NCBI GenBank assembly: GCA_030390025.1
Contig: CM059427.1
Span: 57,722,001 to 57,786,000, forward strand
Direction: 5' to 3'
Length of the DNA: 64,000 nt
From: Squalus acanthias
Taxonomy: Eukaryota
How positions within the stretch are numbered: the stretch's first letter is position 1; every line of letters starts with the position of its first letter. The position numbers were made by a program, and so were the translations under genes. This document shows positions 1-12,569 of the stretch, one piece after another. Under the pieces are notes generated by a model that made no database searches, was not told the origin of the DNA, and saw only the letters and a list, made by a program, of their open reading frames with translations.

Positions 1-1199
1 TATAAAAAAGAGAAGAGCAGGTTCCACTCCTGGAGTTTGCTGGGAAAAGCTTGCACTGAGCACATCCATAAGGTTGTTATTTTTGTTGATTTATTTTGGA
101 AGGAAAGGGGGCAACAGTGTATAAGAAGCACGTAAAATTGGTCTTCCTGATATGCATGGCTCAGGACCACACAAGTTAGTACATTTGGGCTATCTGGGAG
201 ACCAAGCAGGCTTATTCTTATTAATAGTCATCGAATGACTAAAGTTCGGGTATAGTATTGAAATATTTATGGCTTCAAAGGTACACTAACTTAGATCATA
301 CCTAGGTCTATCAATCAAATTTTACCTCTGTGCTTGTTGAATAATAAAACCAATAAAAGAAACAGAAAATACATTAAACTGAGTGAATACGCAGTCAAGC
401 ATACAGCAGGCAGATTGTTATGTGTTCTTTTTTGGAGTGTTTAATGTTGCATATATTGTATTAAAATTACATTAATGGTTATGTTAGAAATCCCAGGGGA
501 ACCAACAATTCCATTACAGTGTTTTTGTACTAGGGTTTGGAAAATCCTTGCCACCGTTGCATTATCTTTGTGGGATCAAGGGAAGGGGAGTTTACCTATG
601 TTCTTACTGGATACCACCTGTATCTCACCAACCTTCCCCATCTCTCTCGCTCCCCACCCACCCTGTCATGCACAAATAAATTAACCCTGTTGGTGCAATC
701 AAGGAATATGTCGACGATTTTGGTTTTGTATTTTGATCACCGAGGCCATGCTAAAATGTACGGATAGCCTCCAGGCAGGAGTGGAGGCAAGACTCTAGGC
801 CTGAACCTCATTGTATCAGTAACACACAAACGATCAATGTAAATTATTGATGGCAGCATTAGAATACTATTGTGCAGTGTATTGCGGACTTGAAGATGAC
901 GGCTCTTGTATTGAGTTGTATGCTCAAAGAGCAGTACTCCAGAGCTAGGTACTGCCATGATCATAATTCATGAGTTATAAGAAAAGAAATTATTTAGAAA
1001 CAAGCTGGAAGGTCATACTTGTAAAAGGGCATATAAAGCAAAATGTACTTAGGAAGCTCAGACTGTAGTGAGTTAGTTATATCAGATTTGGGTCTACGGT
1101 TTTTGATTTGTTCAGGACATGTCTCTTTACTAAAAGGAAAAGGTACTTACAGTAAATTCAATCTGAAAAGCATGATGCAGCACCATGTTACAGTTACTA

Positions 1200-2020
1200 C
1201 ACCGGCTCAGTTTGGTATATGCACTGCCCATTGTGGACCAGAGCAATACAGACCAGGAAGATCCAAGCGCCACCACTGAGCTATCTCAGAAGGTGGCAGT
1301 CAGGTCATTACAATTAGCCTCAGCACTCCTAAGCTAGAGAGGGGCAAATCATCCAGGGCTCTCGTTTCTGATTGTCATNNNNNNNNNNNNNNNNNNNNNN
1401 NNNNNNNNNNNNNNNNNNNNNNNNNNNNNNNNNNNNNNNNNNNNNNNNNNNNNNNNNNNNNNNNNNNNNNNNNNNNNNNNNNNNNNNNNNNNNNNNNNNN
1501 NNNNNNNNNNNNNNNNNNNNNNNNNNNNNNNNNNNNNNNNNNNNNNNNNNNNNNNNNNNNNNNNNNNNNNNNNNNNNNNNNNNNNNNNNNNNNNNNNNNN
1601 NNNNNNNNNNNNNNNNNNNNNNNNNNNNNNNNNNNNNNNNNNNNNNNNNNNNNNNNNNNNNNNNNNNNNNNNNNNNNNNNNNNNNNNNNNNNNNNNNNNN
1701 NNNNNNNNNNNNNNNNNNNNNNNNNNNNNNNNNNNNNNNNNNNNNNNNNNNNNNNNNNNNNNNNNNNNNNNNNNNNNNNNNNNNNNNNNNNNNNNNNNNN
1801 NNNNNNNNNNNNNNNNNNNNNNNNNNNNNNNNNNNNNNNNNNNNNNNNNCAACTGTGATGCCCCATGGTAAAATAGTCTATTGTGCTCGCTGCTTAGGCT
1901 CATACATTAAGGTTGGCTACTTAGACAGGATATCATAGAACAGCTAGTAACCATGGACCCATATCTTAGCATGAGTCAGTACTTAGCATGAGATAAAGAG
2001 AGGGTGGAGAATTAAAAAAA
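1200..2020 (+). mobile_element. SINE-like family X copy (spans an N-gap)
   Basis: Shares blocks with other family X copies: ACAATTAGCCTCAGCACTCCT, CTGTGATGCCCC, CATGAGTCAG. Confidence 0.65.
1379..1849. other. Assembly gap (other gaps at 22277-22408, 23129-23409, 49650-49786)
   Basis: Runs of N. Confidence 1.
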
Positions 2021-4447
2021 AGATAGGTTGCTTTCATAGAAAATAACGTTCTTAAAAATGTGAAATTATAGAAATTTATGGCAATCCAAAGAGTTAAGAA
2101 ATATTGCTCATAAGTATATAACTGATTTTCCACAGTTTTTCAGGATGTACAATTAAACAGAGCCACTGTAAAGTACGCTGTAGCACAAATTCTTTCATAA
2201 TTAAACATTGGAGTAAGTAGTAGTACTAGTAAGTAGTAGTAGTTAGTGTTAAACTCATTCTTTAGGTGAATCATTACCATTTTAAAATGTACACCAATGA
2301 ACCAGTGAACTTTTCTGATGATCAGCAACATGTTATTTGTTTCATTTTTAAAACGCTTTGTTTTATTTGACTGCAAATTGTTTTTCATAGACTTGGGGCA
2401 GTAATGATGCCATGTTCATTAATCGCAGCACTACAGCAGATTCTGGAAGAGACCTGCTGCTGGCCTTAAAATGTATCAAAAACTGAATGAGGCATCTCAT
2501 TTATTTCGAACAATACATATTATTTAAATTGTGTAATAACAGATACTGGGACTCAAAGCAAGGCAGTAATCTCATCTCTGGGTTCAAATCATTTTATAAG
2601 CCACCCAAGTCTCACTCACATGTATCATGATGATATTAATATGAACTCATCAATTAGGTTGCTGCTTTGTAATCACTTCCAGGTACCTCTCATGCTGTAT
2701 GCAATTTGCAAATATAAGAATGCAGACCATAAGCCTGATGTTTAAATGTCCATTGTTTGTAAAGCTATATATTTAAAAGGAAACGCTCCTCACAGACTTG
2801 TTTCTTCACAAAATCATGTGTTTGCAAACAAGTGTTTCTTCATAGGCACATCTCATAGTACAGGCTTCCAGTGAAATGAATGGGGTGAAGTTTATGGCTT
2901 TTAAAACCCTCTGCACTTTAGTGCAGAAGACTGCACTAATGCAGGGTAAGAGGATGTTTTTCAATTCAGATTACCATAAGTATTTCAAAATGAATTTCTG
3001 CCCTTTTATTAGAAACGCAGAATGATCACGTGGAAAGCACTGGATTATTTGCTTGTTACATCTGATGAGTGGTCCATGCACATTATAAGTTTAATTGTTA
3101 ATTTGGCCTTTCTCCATCAAAGTCCTTGCAGCATTAACCAGCTCCTGAGCATCAGCAAGTACACCAGTGATGGTGGCAACCACAACACAAGGACAGAAAC
3201 ACCAGTGGGGCTTCTTCAAATATACATAACATCTTAAATTACTTTGCTACTGCATTATTGACAGGTCAAAAGCCCTGAAGTTTGCTGTACCTGCAATGGC
3301 TGTGTAAAGTTTCAATTGGACATCCTTTGCCAAATGTTTCCACAAACAATACTTTCAAGTGGCCGTTGAACAGCCTTAATGGGCCAATAAACTATTTACC
3401 TTTTGATAAGGTAAATCACCAATTGAGATAAAGCTGTGATAAGCCAAAGTAAATATGTGCACAGCTCCCTGTTTTTCAGACTCTCTTTCTCACATGCGTA
3501 CACCTATAGTGAGACAGATGTATGCTTAACACATATGACCTGAGACAGGCCTAAAGCCATAACTAGATAATTTCTCACTCACACACCGATTGCGGCAGCT
3601 TTCTGAGGTGAAAGAAACTGACAGCGCAAACTCTCCAGGGCAGAACTTTCCAGTCAAGTGGATCAACGTACTGAAAATCGCTTATGAATAGTCATTAGTC
3701 CTTCATTACAACCCCCTCACAACCCAGTTCTTTTTTTGCAACCAAAATGCCTTTTGTCATCTTCACAAGGTGCATCAGTTAATTGCCGATTGACTTTCTT
3801 TTAAACATATGACAACATGTCACAAAGCAAAAATAAAGAATGTTGCTTCAGGCATTCCGCTTAACTCCTTGATTGCCACATTCCTGCACGTTAGCTGCAA
3901 TATTTCAGAAGGAAAGCATTCTTTTCAAAGGTTGACATAAGCTACACGAAAAACAAATTCTCCATATTTAATCATATTTACACACTGTTATTTTATTGGC
4001 CTGGGTCAATCCTAGTCATTTTTAAAACCCTCTATTCAGTAGCAGTAGAACCATAGAAAATGGACACTTTTCATATATCTATTAAATATGATTCTGTATT
4101 AACAGATTCCAAGTAACAGCACTAGTGAGAAGTACAGCAGAGTATCTCCTTTTCTACATATAAGTGTACATAATTTATTCTCAGTTATTTTATTATTTTA
4201 TCTATATAATTTTTGCACTGGTAAGACTCAAAGAGATATTAAAGTATGAGGTGCTAAACTGACCTGCTGAACAGTTTAGAGAGTAACTTTCGGAGAGGTG
4301 AGAATGTGATTCAGTAATCTGCTGCTAAAGCCTGGACTGCATGTGCGGATTGCAAAATAATCCGCTCGATTTTATATATTTAACTGTGAGGGATTTCGTG
4401 CAAATAAGGGAAATATATGACTTTTAAAAACTAGCCAATTAGCAAAC

Positions 4448-7400
4448 GGGAATGGTAGCGTAGTGGTTATGTTACTGGACTAGTGATCCAAAGGCCTGGA
4501 CTAATGATCTGGAGACATGAGTTCAAATCCCACCACGGCAGCTGGGGAATTTAAATTCAGTTAATTAAATAAATCTGGAATAAAAAGCTAGTTATCAGTA
4601 ATGGTGACCATGAAACTATCAGATTGTTGTAAGAAACCCAATCTGGTTCACTAATGTCCTTTAGAGAAGGAAATCTGCCATCTTTACCTGGTTTGGCCTA
4701 TATGTGACTCCAGACCCACAGCAATGTGGTTGATGCTTAACTGCTCTCTGACTAGCAAGCCACTCAGTTGTGAAAAATGGGACGGACCACCCAGCATCCA
4801 CCTCGGCACTGGTTACGGACACGACAATGGCACACCCAGCCCAGTCGACCCTGCAAAGTCCTCCTCACCAACATCTGGGAACTTGTGCCAAAATTGAGTT
4901 ATCCCACAGACTAGACTAGTCAAGCAACAGCCTGACACAGTCATACTCACAGAATCATACCTTTCAGCCAAGCTCCTCCATCACCATCCCTGGGTGTATG
5001 TCCTGTCCAATCGGCAGGACAGACCCACCAGGGGTGGTGGCACAGTGGTATACAGTCGGGAAGGAGTGGCCCTGGGAGTCCTCAACATTGACTCCAAGCA
5101 TGTGCAAGGAAACATCCTGCTGATTAGTACCTACCGCCCTCGCTCAGCTGATGAATCAGTACTCCTCCATGTTGAACACCACTTGGAAGAAGCACTGAGA
5201 GTAGCAAACCACAGAATGTACTCTGGGTGGAGGACTTCAATGTTCACCACCAAGAATAGCTCGGTAGCACCATTGCCGGCCGAGTCCTGAAGGACATAGC
5301 TGCCAGTCTGGACCTGTGACAGGTGGTGAGAGAACCAACATGAGGGAAAAACCTACTTGACCTCGTCCTCACCAATCTACCTGTCGCAGATGCATCTGTC
5401 CATGACAGCACTGGTAGCAGTGACCACCGCACAGTCATTGGGGAGACGTCTTCACACTGAGGACACCCTCCATTGTGTTGTGTAGCACTACCACCGTGCT
5501 AAATGGGATAGATTCAGAACAGATCTAGCAGCTCAAAACTGGGCATCCATGAGGCGCTGTGGGCCATCAGCAGCAGCAGAATTGTATTCCACCACAATCT
5601 GTAACCTCATGGTCTGGCATATCCCTCACTCTACCATTACCATGAAGCCAGGGGACCAACCCTGGTTCAATAAGGAGTGTAGAAGAGCATGCCAGGAGCA
5701 GCACCAGGCATACCTAAAAATGAGGTGCCAACCTGGGAAAGCTGCAACACAGGACTACATGCATGCTAAAAAGCGGAAGCAGCATGCTATAGACAGGGCT
5801 AAGCAATCCCACAATCAACGGATCAGATCAAAGCTCTGCAGTCCTGCCACATCCAGTCGTGAATGGTGGTGGACCATTAAACAACTAACGGGAGGAGGAG
5901 GCTCCATGAATATCCCCATCCTCAATTATGGTGGAGCCCAGCACGTGAGTGCAAAAGACAAAGCTGAAGCATCTTCAGCCAGAAGTGCCGAGTGGATGAT
6001 CCATATCGGCCTCCTCCTAAAGTCGCCACCACCACAGAAGCCAGTCTTCAGCCAATTCGATTCACTCCACGTGATATCAAGATATGGCTGAGCGCACTGG
6101 GCCCCGACAACATCCCGGCTGTCGTGCTGAAGACTTATGCTCCAGAACTAGCCGCGCCTCTAGCCAAGCTGTTCCAGTACAGCTATAACACTGGCATCTA
6201 TCCGACAATGTGGAAAACTGCCCAGTTATGTCTTGTCCACAAAAAGCAGGACAAATCCAATCCGGCCAACCGACTAATTACCGCCCCATCAGTCTACTCT
6301 CAATCATCAGCAAAGTGATGGAAGGTGTCATCGACAGTGCTATCAAGCAGTACTTAATCACAAATAACCTGCTCACTGATGTCCAGTTTGGGTTCCGCCA
6401 GGACCACTCAGCTCCAGAACTCATTACAGCCTTGGTCCAAACATGGACAAAAGAGCTGAATTCCAAGGGTGAGGTGAGAGTGACTGCCCTTGACGTCAAG
6501 GCAACATTTAACCGAGTGTGGCATCAAGGAGCCCTAGTAAAACTGAAGTCAATGGGAATCGGGGGGGGAAACACTCCACTGGCTGGAGTCATACCTAGCA
6601 CAAAGGAAGATGGTTGTGGTGGTTGGAGGTCAATCATCACAGCCCCAGGACATCGCTGCAGGAGTTCCTCAGGGCAGTGTCCTTGGCCCAACCATCTTCA
6701 GCTGCTTCATCAATGACATTTCCTCCATCATAAGGTCAGAAGTGGGAACATTCGCTGATGACTGCACAGTGTTCAGTGCCATTCGCAACTCCTCAGATAA
6801 TGAAGCAGTCCATGCCCGCATGCAGCAAGACCTGGACAGCATTCAGGCTTGAGCTGATAAGTGGCAGGTAACATTCACGCCACAGAAGTGCCAGGCAATG
6901 ACTATCTGCAACAAGCAAGAGTCTAACCACTGCCCCTTGACATTCAACGGTATTATCATCGCCGAATCCCCCACCATCAACATCCTGGGGGTCACCATTG
7001 ACCAGAAACTTAACTGGACCAGCTACATAAATATGGGTATTCTGCGGTGAGTGTCTCACCTCCTGACTCCCCAAAGCCTTTCCACCATCTACAAGGCACA
7101 AGTCAGGAGTGTGATGGAATACTCTCCACTTGCCTGGATGAGTGCAGCTCCAACAACACTCAAGAAGCTCGACACAACCAAGACAAAGCAGCCCGCTTGA
7201 TTGACAGCCCATATACCACCTTAAACATTCATTCCCATCACCATCAGCGTACTGTGGCTGCAGTGTGTACCATCTACAAGATGCACTACAGCAACTCGCC
7301 AAGGCTTCTTCGGCAGCACCTCCCAAACCTGCGACCTCTACCACCTAGAAGGACAAGGGCAGCAGGTGCATTGGAACACCACCACCTCCAAGTTCCCCTC

Positions 7401-7629
7401 CAAGTCACACACCACCCTGACTTGGAAGTATATCGCCCTCCCTTAATTGTTGCTGGATCAAAATCCTGGAACTCCCTCCCTAACAGCACTATGGGAGTAC
7501 CTTCACCTCACGGACTGCAGCAGTTCAAGAAAGCAGCTCACCATCACCTTCTCAAGGGCAACTAGGGATGAGCAATAAATGCTGGCCTTGCCAGCGACAC
7601 CCACATCCCATGAACGAATAAAAAAAAAA
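4448..7629 (+). mobile_element. Degenerate CR1/L2-group LINE (APE endonuclease + reverse transcriptase) with a tRNA-derived SINE-like 5' head
   Basis: Frameshifted ORFs carry endonuclease motifs (RQDRPTRGGGTVVY, TYRP) and RT motifs (NYRPISLLS, QFGFR, GVPQGSVLGP, FADD), ending in KAAHHHLLKGN, a 3' tail and poly(A). Pol III A box at 4456-4466 and B box at 4521-4529. Confidence 0.95.
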
Positions 7630-8444
7630 CTAGATGGAGTTGATTGAACTAGCCGTACAAGTATCACAAATGCAAGTTTACTGTCATGCCAGGTTTAGGC
7701 TGCGATCTAAAACCTATGTCTTAGGAGTTGTGTGGTGAGGTGGGCAGTTTCTTAAAGGAGGTGGGTTTGATTGTGGATAGGATAAATTGGAAAGTATGTT
7801 GGAACAGGAAATGGCATCACAACATCTTTTGAGAAGGTATATACTGGTCTGAGATATTTACTGCCACATTGTGGCGCTTTCATTTGCTGTGCCATGTTTG
7901 CAGCCTACTCACATCTGAATAGAAAAATGTTGCTTGGCGGAGGCATTTGGTCTTAGAGTAGAACGGCATGAGCATGGCTGGGCTAAAAATATCGGAGCAA
8001 TTTACTAAAGTTTATACTATCTGTACGAGGGAGCTATCTCCATTCTGAGCGCACGGACCCTCACCCATAGTACAGATATTACTGGCCCACACACTTGTCT
8101 AACGCATCAATGATGTGCCAGCAGGTACCAGTGTGTACTGTGGGTAGGGAACAATCAGTCTGAAGCAGACTTGCTAATCTCTAACAATAACAGATCTTCT
8201 CAAAGAAACAACAGTGAGCCACTGTTCTTCTGAATCCTGCTCCTCAAATAGCTCAGTCTCCCAACCTCCTGCCTATTCTCCTCCCCCTCCCACACGCAGG
8301 CACACACACACACACACACACACAAAATCTTGACCCTTTTAGTTATCCAAACTTTCATTTACCTAAACTGATTTGAAATCCGATCTGAAATGCACTGCAG
8401 ACACAGACCTTTTGACAAGCTTGACAATTTTCCCCCTTTACCCA

Positions 8445-8945
8445 ACTAACTTTCTCCCCTGAAACCAACAATCCTCAGCCACCCTGCTCAAGTCCCCATT
8501 CTTCATGTGTGAGCCGACACAGTGAGCGTCACTGGCTATTTGGTCAGAGGCGGCATCACAGCTGAGTCAATGCTGTTCTAAGCCGATATTCACACTCATG
8601 CTCGCTGGTTAGTGCGGGAGCCCTGGCTGATTTCACCCTCCATAATCCAGGAACACTGGATCAATGGCGATGCCCCTGCTGACGCCCTGGCCCAGAATTT
8701 CACTCTGGCATAGACGAGGGATCAAAACCTGCGAGGTTCCCGAAAAGGCAAAAGACTGCATATTCTGGAAATATGAAACAAAAACTAAAACTGCTGGAAA
8801 ACACTCAGCAGGTCAGGCGGCATCCGTGGAGAGAGGAAGGTTGGGTTAACGTTTCAGATCGATGGCCTTTTGTCGGAACCTCCTTAATGTTTCAGGTCGA
8901 TGACCCTTTGTGAGATTCCCAGTTTGTATGGCCCAGTAACCACCA
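8445..8945 (-). mobile_element. SINE-like family X copy, interrupted by a Penelope-like fragment
   Basis: Contains ATTCTTCATGTGTGAGCC..GACACAGTGAGCGTC..GGCATCACAGCTGAG..CCCTGGCTGATTT..GGGATCAAAACCTG. Confidence 0.7.
8745..8912 (+). repeat. Penelope-like repeat fragment (family assignment from recall)
   Basis: TGCTGGAAAACACTCAGCAGGTCAGGCGGCATCCGTGGAGAGAG..GTTAACGTTTCAG; inverted homolog at 12667-12802. Confidence 0.6.
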
Positions 8946-9894
8946 CAATCATTGAATTTACCCGCAGAGCTTGCCTGAGGTGTTTTTAAAGTGATGTTTT
9001 GCTTTGGGATGTTGTCTCTTTAAACCCCTTGACTATTGAAATTCACAGTTTACAAATGTACTTTCCTTCCATGGAAAAAAAAATCTTTCTTTTAATATTG
9101 CAGAATATTACACAGTACAATTAAATGAAAAGTAAAGAAAGGCAAAAGACTCCCGGAGTTACAGCGCTCTGTAGAGAGATGGCGAGAATACAAATGTGTG
9201 TTCCTTTCTTGTCGTCTTTTGCTGATTAAATTCTACAGTAGAAGTGGTGGCGTTAAAGTCTGGCTTGGGTGGGCCAGCAGAAAAAGGCACTTCTCCTTAA
9301 CACCAAATGCATCTAGAAAAGTAATAATTGCGGAGTAATTTGCCGGATTATTTCACTGAAGAATTCTTCTTTTACTTTCAGCTTAGCTTTTGACTGCTCA
9401 CATCAGCAGCCATTATCCTAGAAGTCGGGAATCTCAGCAATGCACGGAACAATTATTCTACAACAGAGCTGTGACAAGGACTGGGGTGCTGAAGGTGGGC
9501 GGCACGGCATAATGGAACCACTGTTGCAGTATACACACTTATTGTGGAGCCTGAGCTTGCCAAAGTGTAAATGCCTGCTTTTCTTCCAAGCACAGAAGCT
9601 AAATTATACAATCGCGAAATTCAGTAAGAAGGTCAGTCTGACGGGGTGATTGGTAGCGACAGAAGCTGGCAGCATCACAGTGCTGAACACTGAGGTTACT
9701 CTGTGGCATGTACTGCAGGTGTACCATCATCTACTCAATACCAATCGTTAATGAATCCAGCGAAAGAATGGAGAGTTTCCTGTCCCTTTTTACAGTTACA
9801 GAGGAGAGCGTGTTTTTTTTTGTTAAAGATGCTTATTTTTTTCCTGATGCACTTTACAACAGAATTTCAGCTTCAGCGACATGAGCACAAAGGC

Positions 9895-9955
9895 TAGGCT
9901 GACACTCCCAGTGCAGTGCTGAGGGAGTGCTGCACTGTCGGAGGTGCCGTCTTTC
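9895..9955 (+). mobile_element. Deu-domain SINE fragment abutting a CR1 fragment
   Basis: GGCTGACACTCCCAGTGCAGTGCTGAGGGAGTGCTGCACTGTCGGAGGTGCCGTCTTTC matches the recalled Deu SINE body. Confidence 0.75.
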
Positions 9956-10635
9956 GTTGCACTCCCTCTATGGCAAGTATATCCTTCCTCAGGTAAGGAG
10001 ACCAAAACTCCAGGTGTGGTCTCACCAAGGCCCTATATAATTGCAGTAAGACGTCTTTACTCTTATACTCAAATCCTCTTGTAATAAAGGCCAACATACC
10101 ATTTGCTTTCCTAATTGCTTGCTGTACCTGCATGTTAACTTTCAGTGATTCGTGTACAAGGACACCCAGGTCCCTCTGAACACCAACATTTCCCAATCTC
10201 TCACCATTTAAAAAATACTCTGCTTTTCTATTTTTCCTACCAAAGTGGATAACTTCACATTTCTCCACATTATATTCCATTTGCCATGTTCTTGCCCACT
10301 CACTTAGCCTGTCTATATCCCCTAGAAGCCTCCTTGCATCCTCCTCACAACTTACATTCCCACCCAGCTTTGTATCATCAGCAAACTTGGATATATTACA
10401 TTTGGTCCCCTCATCCAAATCATTGATGTAGATTGTGAATAGCTGAGGCCCAAGCACTGATCCTTGCAGGTACCCCACTAGTTACAGCCTGCCAACCTGA
10501 AAATGACCCGTTTATTCCTACTCTCTGTTTTCTGTCCGTTAACCAATCCTCAATCCATGCTAGTATATTACCCCCAATCCCATGAGCCCTAATTTCGTTT
10601 AATGTGTGGCACCTTATCGAATGCCTTCTGAAAAT
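9956..10635 (-). mobile_element. CR1 LINE internal RT fragment
   Basis: ORF 9894-10478 contains QGSVLGPQLFTIYINDL, KFADDTKLGG, WQMEYNVEKCEVIHFG and LYRALVRPHLE, typical of CR1 RT. Confidence 0.95.
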
Positions 10636-11069
10636 CTACCAGGCTGCCTACCAAAGAGATGACACAACCGCACGCTGTTCCACTTCCGCCAGCCACAAAA
10701 AAAATGCGCTAGTCGGCACTTTCTATATATCTTCTAGCTATTGAACATATCCGGTGGTAATGCAGCACACTGCAGTGAAAATCTGAATGAAGTGTTACAG
10801 TGAATTGGTGTTAAGAAGTGTCATTTTCTTTGAATGTAACCTATGACACACCAATAGTTCAGCAATTGTTTCTAAATTAAAATTCATCTAAACACCTCTT
10901 TTCTCCCTTCAGCATCCTGTGTTTGGTCTTGCAATTACAACAAAATGGTTACAGAATTGCAATAGAAACCAAGGTCTTTATGACTTTTTTTTTACTCTAA
11001 AACGGGGGGTGAAACTACTTCTCTGCATCTCTGATCCGAAGCAATCAAATCTTTCTGGGTCCTTACAGT

Positions 11070-11435
11070 GTTTCCAATCTACAGCTGTAGCCTAATAAGT
11101 AGGATGCTTTAATGAAAGCTACGCCATTTATGAGGTCATTCCGACAAACAGAAACTCTCCAGGACTGATTTATAGTGGGAATCAACTGGTTTCTGAAAGA
11201 GATCCCCTCAGAAAAAAATGTCCCTATTAACAGAAACTAAGGAGCCTATTAAGATCATGAAGGTGTCCCCTTTGACATTTCAGTGGCCTGTATAAGCAGG
11301 AATGGGCACCGCAATTAACAGACTGCAATGTAATGGAGGGTTCAGATGACATCATAAACCACTCGAGTGGCTTTGGACGTCATCCGAACCCCTGAGATTA
11401 GATTACAGCTCTGTAATCACTCCCTGCTATCTGTT
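11070..11435. promoter_or_regulatory. Candidate intronic enhancer/CNE
   Basis: Unique sequence with PBX-HOX TGATTTAT (11166), RBPJ GTGGGAA (11175), CCTTTGACA, TEAD GGAATG and three palindromes. Conservation not verified. Confidence 0.5.
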
Positions 11436-11944
11436 GTTTTTACAATGTGTACTGGACGTGTTCCCTGATCTCACTTTTTGCACATTTTCCTGTGGTCTGA
11501 GGCTGTTTGAAGTAAATGTTGTTGTGTGCGATCATTTTGTTTGCAGCTCTCCTGCTGGTGGATTATTAACCCTTCCTTCTTCTCCTTTGGTAACAAGGTG
11601 GTTGACAGAGTGGGTGGGAGCCTTGGTTGGAAGTATTGTAGCTGATTATTGTTATGTGTCTCTTTTCTTGTGTTACAATTTTTGGTGGGCTGCTTTTCCA
11701 GGCTTGTTCTGTTGTTCTGTGTCGAACTAGCATCTGGTCACAGAAGGAGACTGAAGGTGTTTGCGGCATTGATACAGGTTTACACTGAGATGTCTGGTGG
11801 TATATGTTATAATCATTAGTCTCTGAAAACATATCTTGCTCTCTGCAATTTGTTCTCAGGGAGCAGCATTCCATAATTAGGGTTGTTGCTGCTAAAGTTG
11901 ACAAGACTCTCATTCTATTATCAATAATTTGCAAATTAATGGCA

Positions 11945-12335
11945 TTTTATTCTCCGATTTTCTCCCTTGAAGGCACTGACTTGTGCTGAGGTATTGTTCT
12001 GTGGGCACTGGTTACCCCCTTGCTCCTTCACCCACGTGGCAATCTTTATCTGCAACCCTGGGCGGAAAGAGCCGCTGAGATATTCAACCGTGGGAAGCAT
12101 TGCTGGCTAACCTGAGCTAGTCCTCAAGCAATATAGGTAGGCATGCACATGGCAGAAGTTGCTGGATAGCAATCAGGAACAGGAATTCTGTCTGATATTT
12201 CTCCTCTCTAGCCTAAGGACTAGTAAAGCTAACTGCAGTGCCCCAACTGTTGCCAATCAGCACAGAGCAGGGATCAAGCCTGGGGCCTTCCTGTTCTGTA
12301 CAGTTCGGTACCACACCAGGCAGTACATTGCACCA
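11945..12335 (-). mobile_element. SINE-like family X copy
   Basis: Contains TTTTCTCCCTTGAAGGCACTGACT..CTGGATAGCAATCAGGAACAGGAA..CAGCACAGAGCAGGGATCAAGCCTGGG. Confidence 0.7.
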
Positions 12336-12569
12336 CTGGGGTGTCAGGGCAACTGCACTTTGTCTCTGTGCTGACTGGCACACTCCCTTGTTTGCCAGCA
12401 ACAGCATATTGAATGCATGCTTGCTTGCTGCTGTCCTGCCTTCAGTCTGTCCCTATTCTCCCTGCACATGTACATGGTACAGTAACAGATACAATAGGCT
12501 TGCCACAGTATTTTGTTTTCGAATCCCTCCTCTAAGCTGATCTATAGGGTGGTTAAATTGGTGGGTTAG

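Noticed and set aside
1349-1938. ORFs made mostly of X (also near 22.3, 23.0 and 49.5 kb)
   Set aside because: Artifacts of N-gaps.
4450-4540. tRNA-like sequence as a real tRNA gene
   Set aside because: The A-B spacing is extended, I see no clean cloverleaf or terminator, and it is fused to a SINE body.
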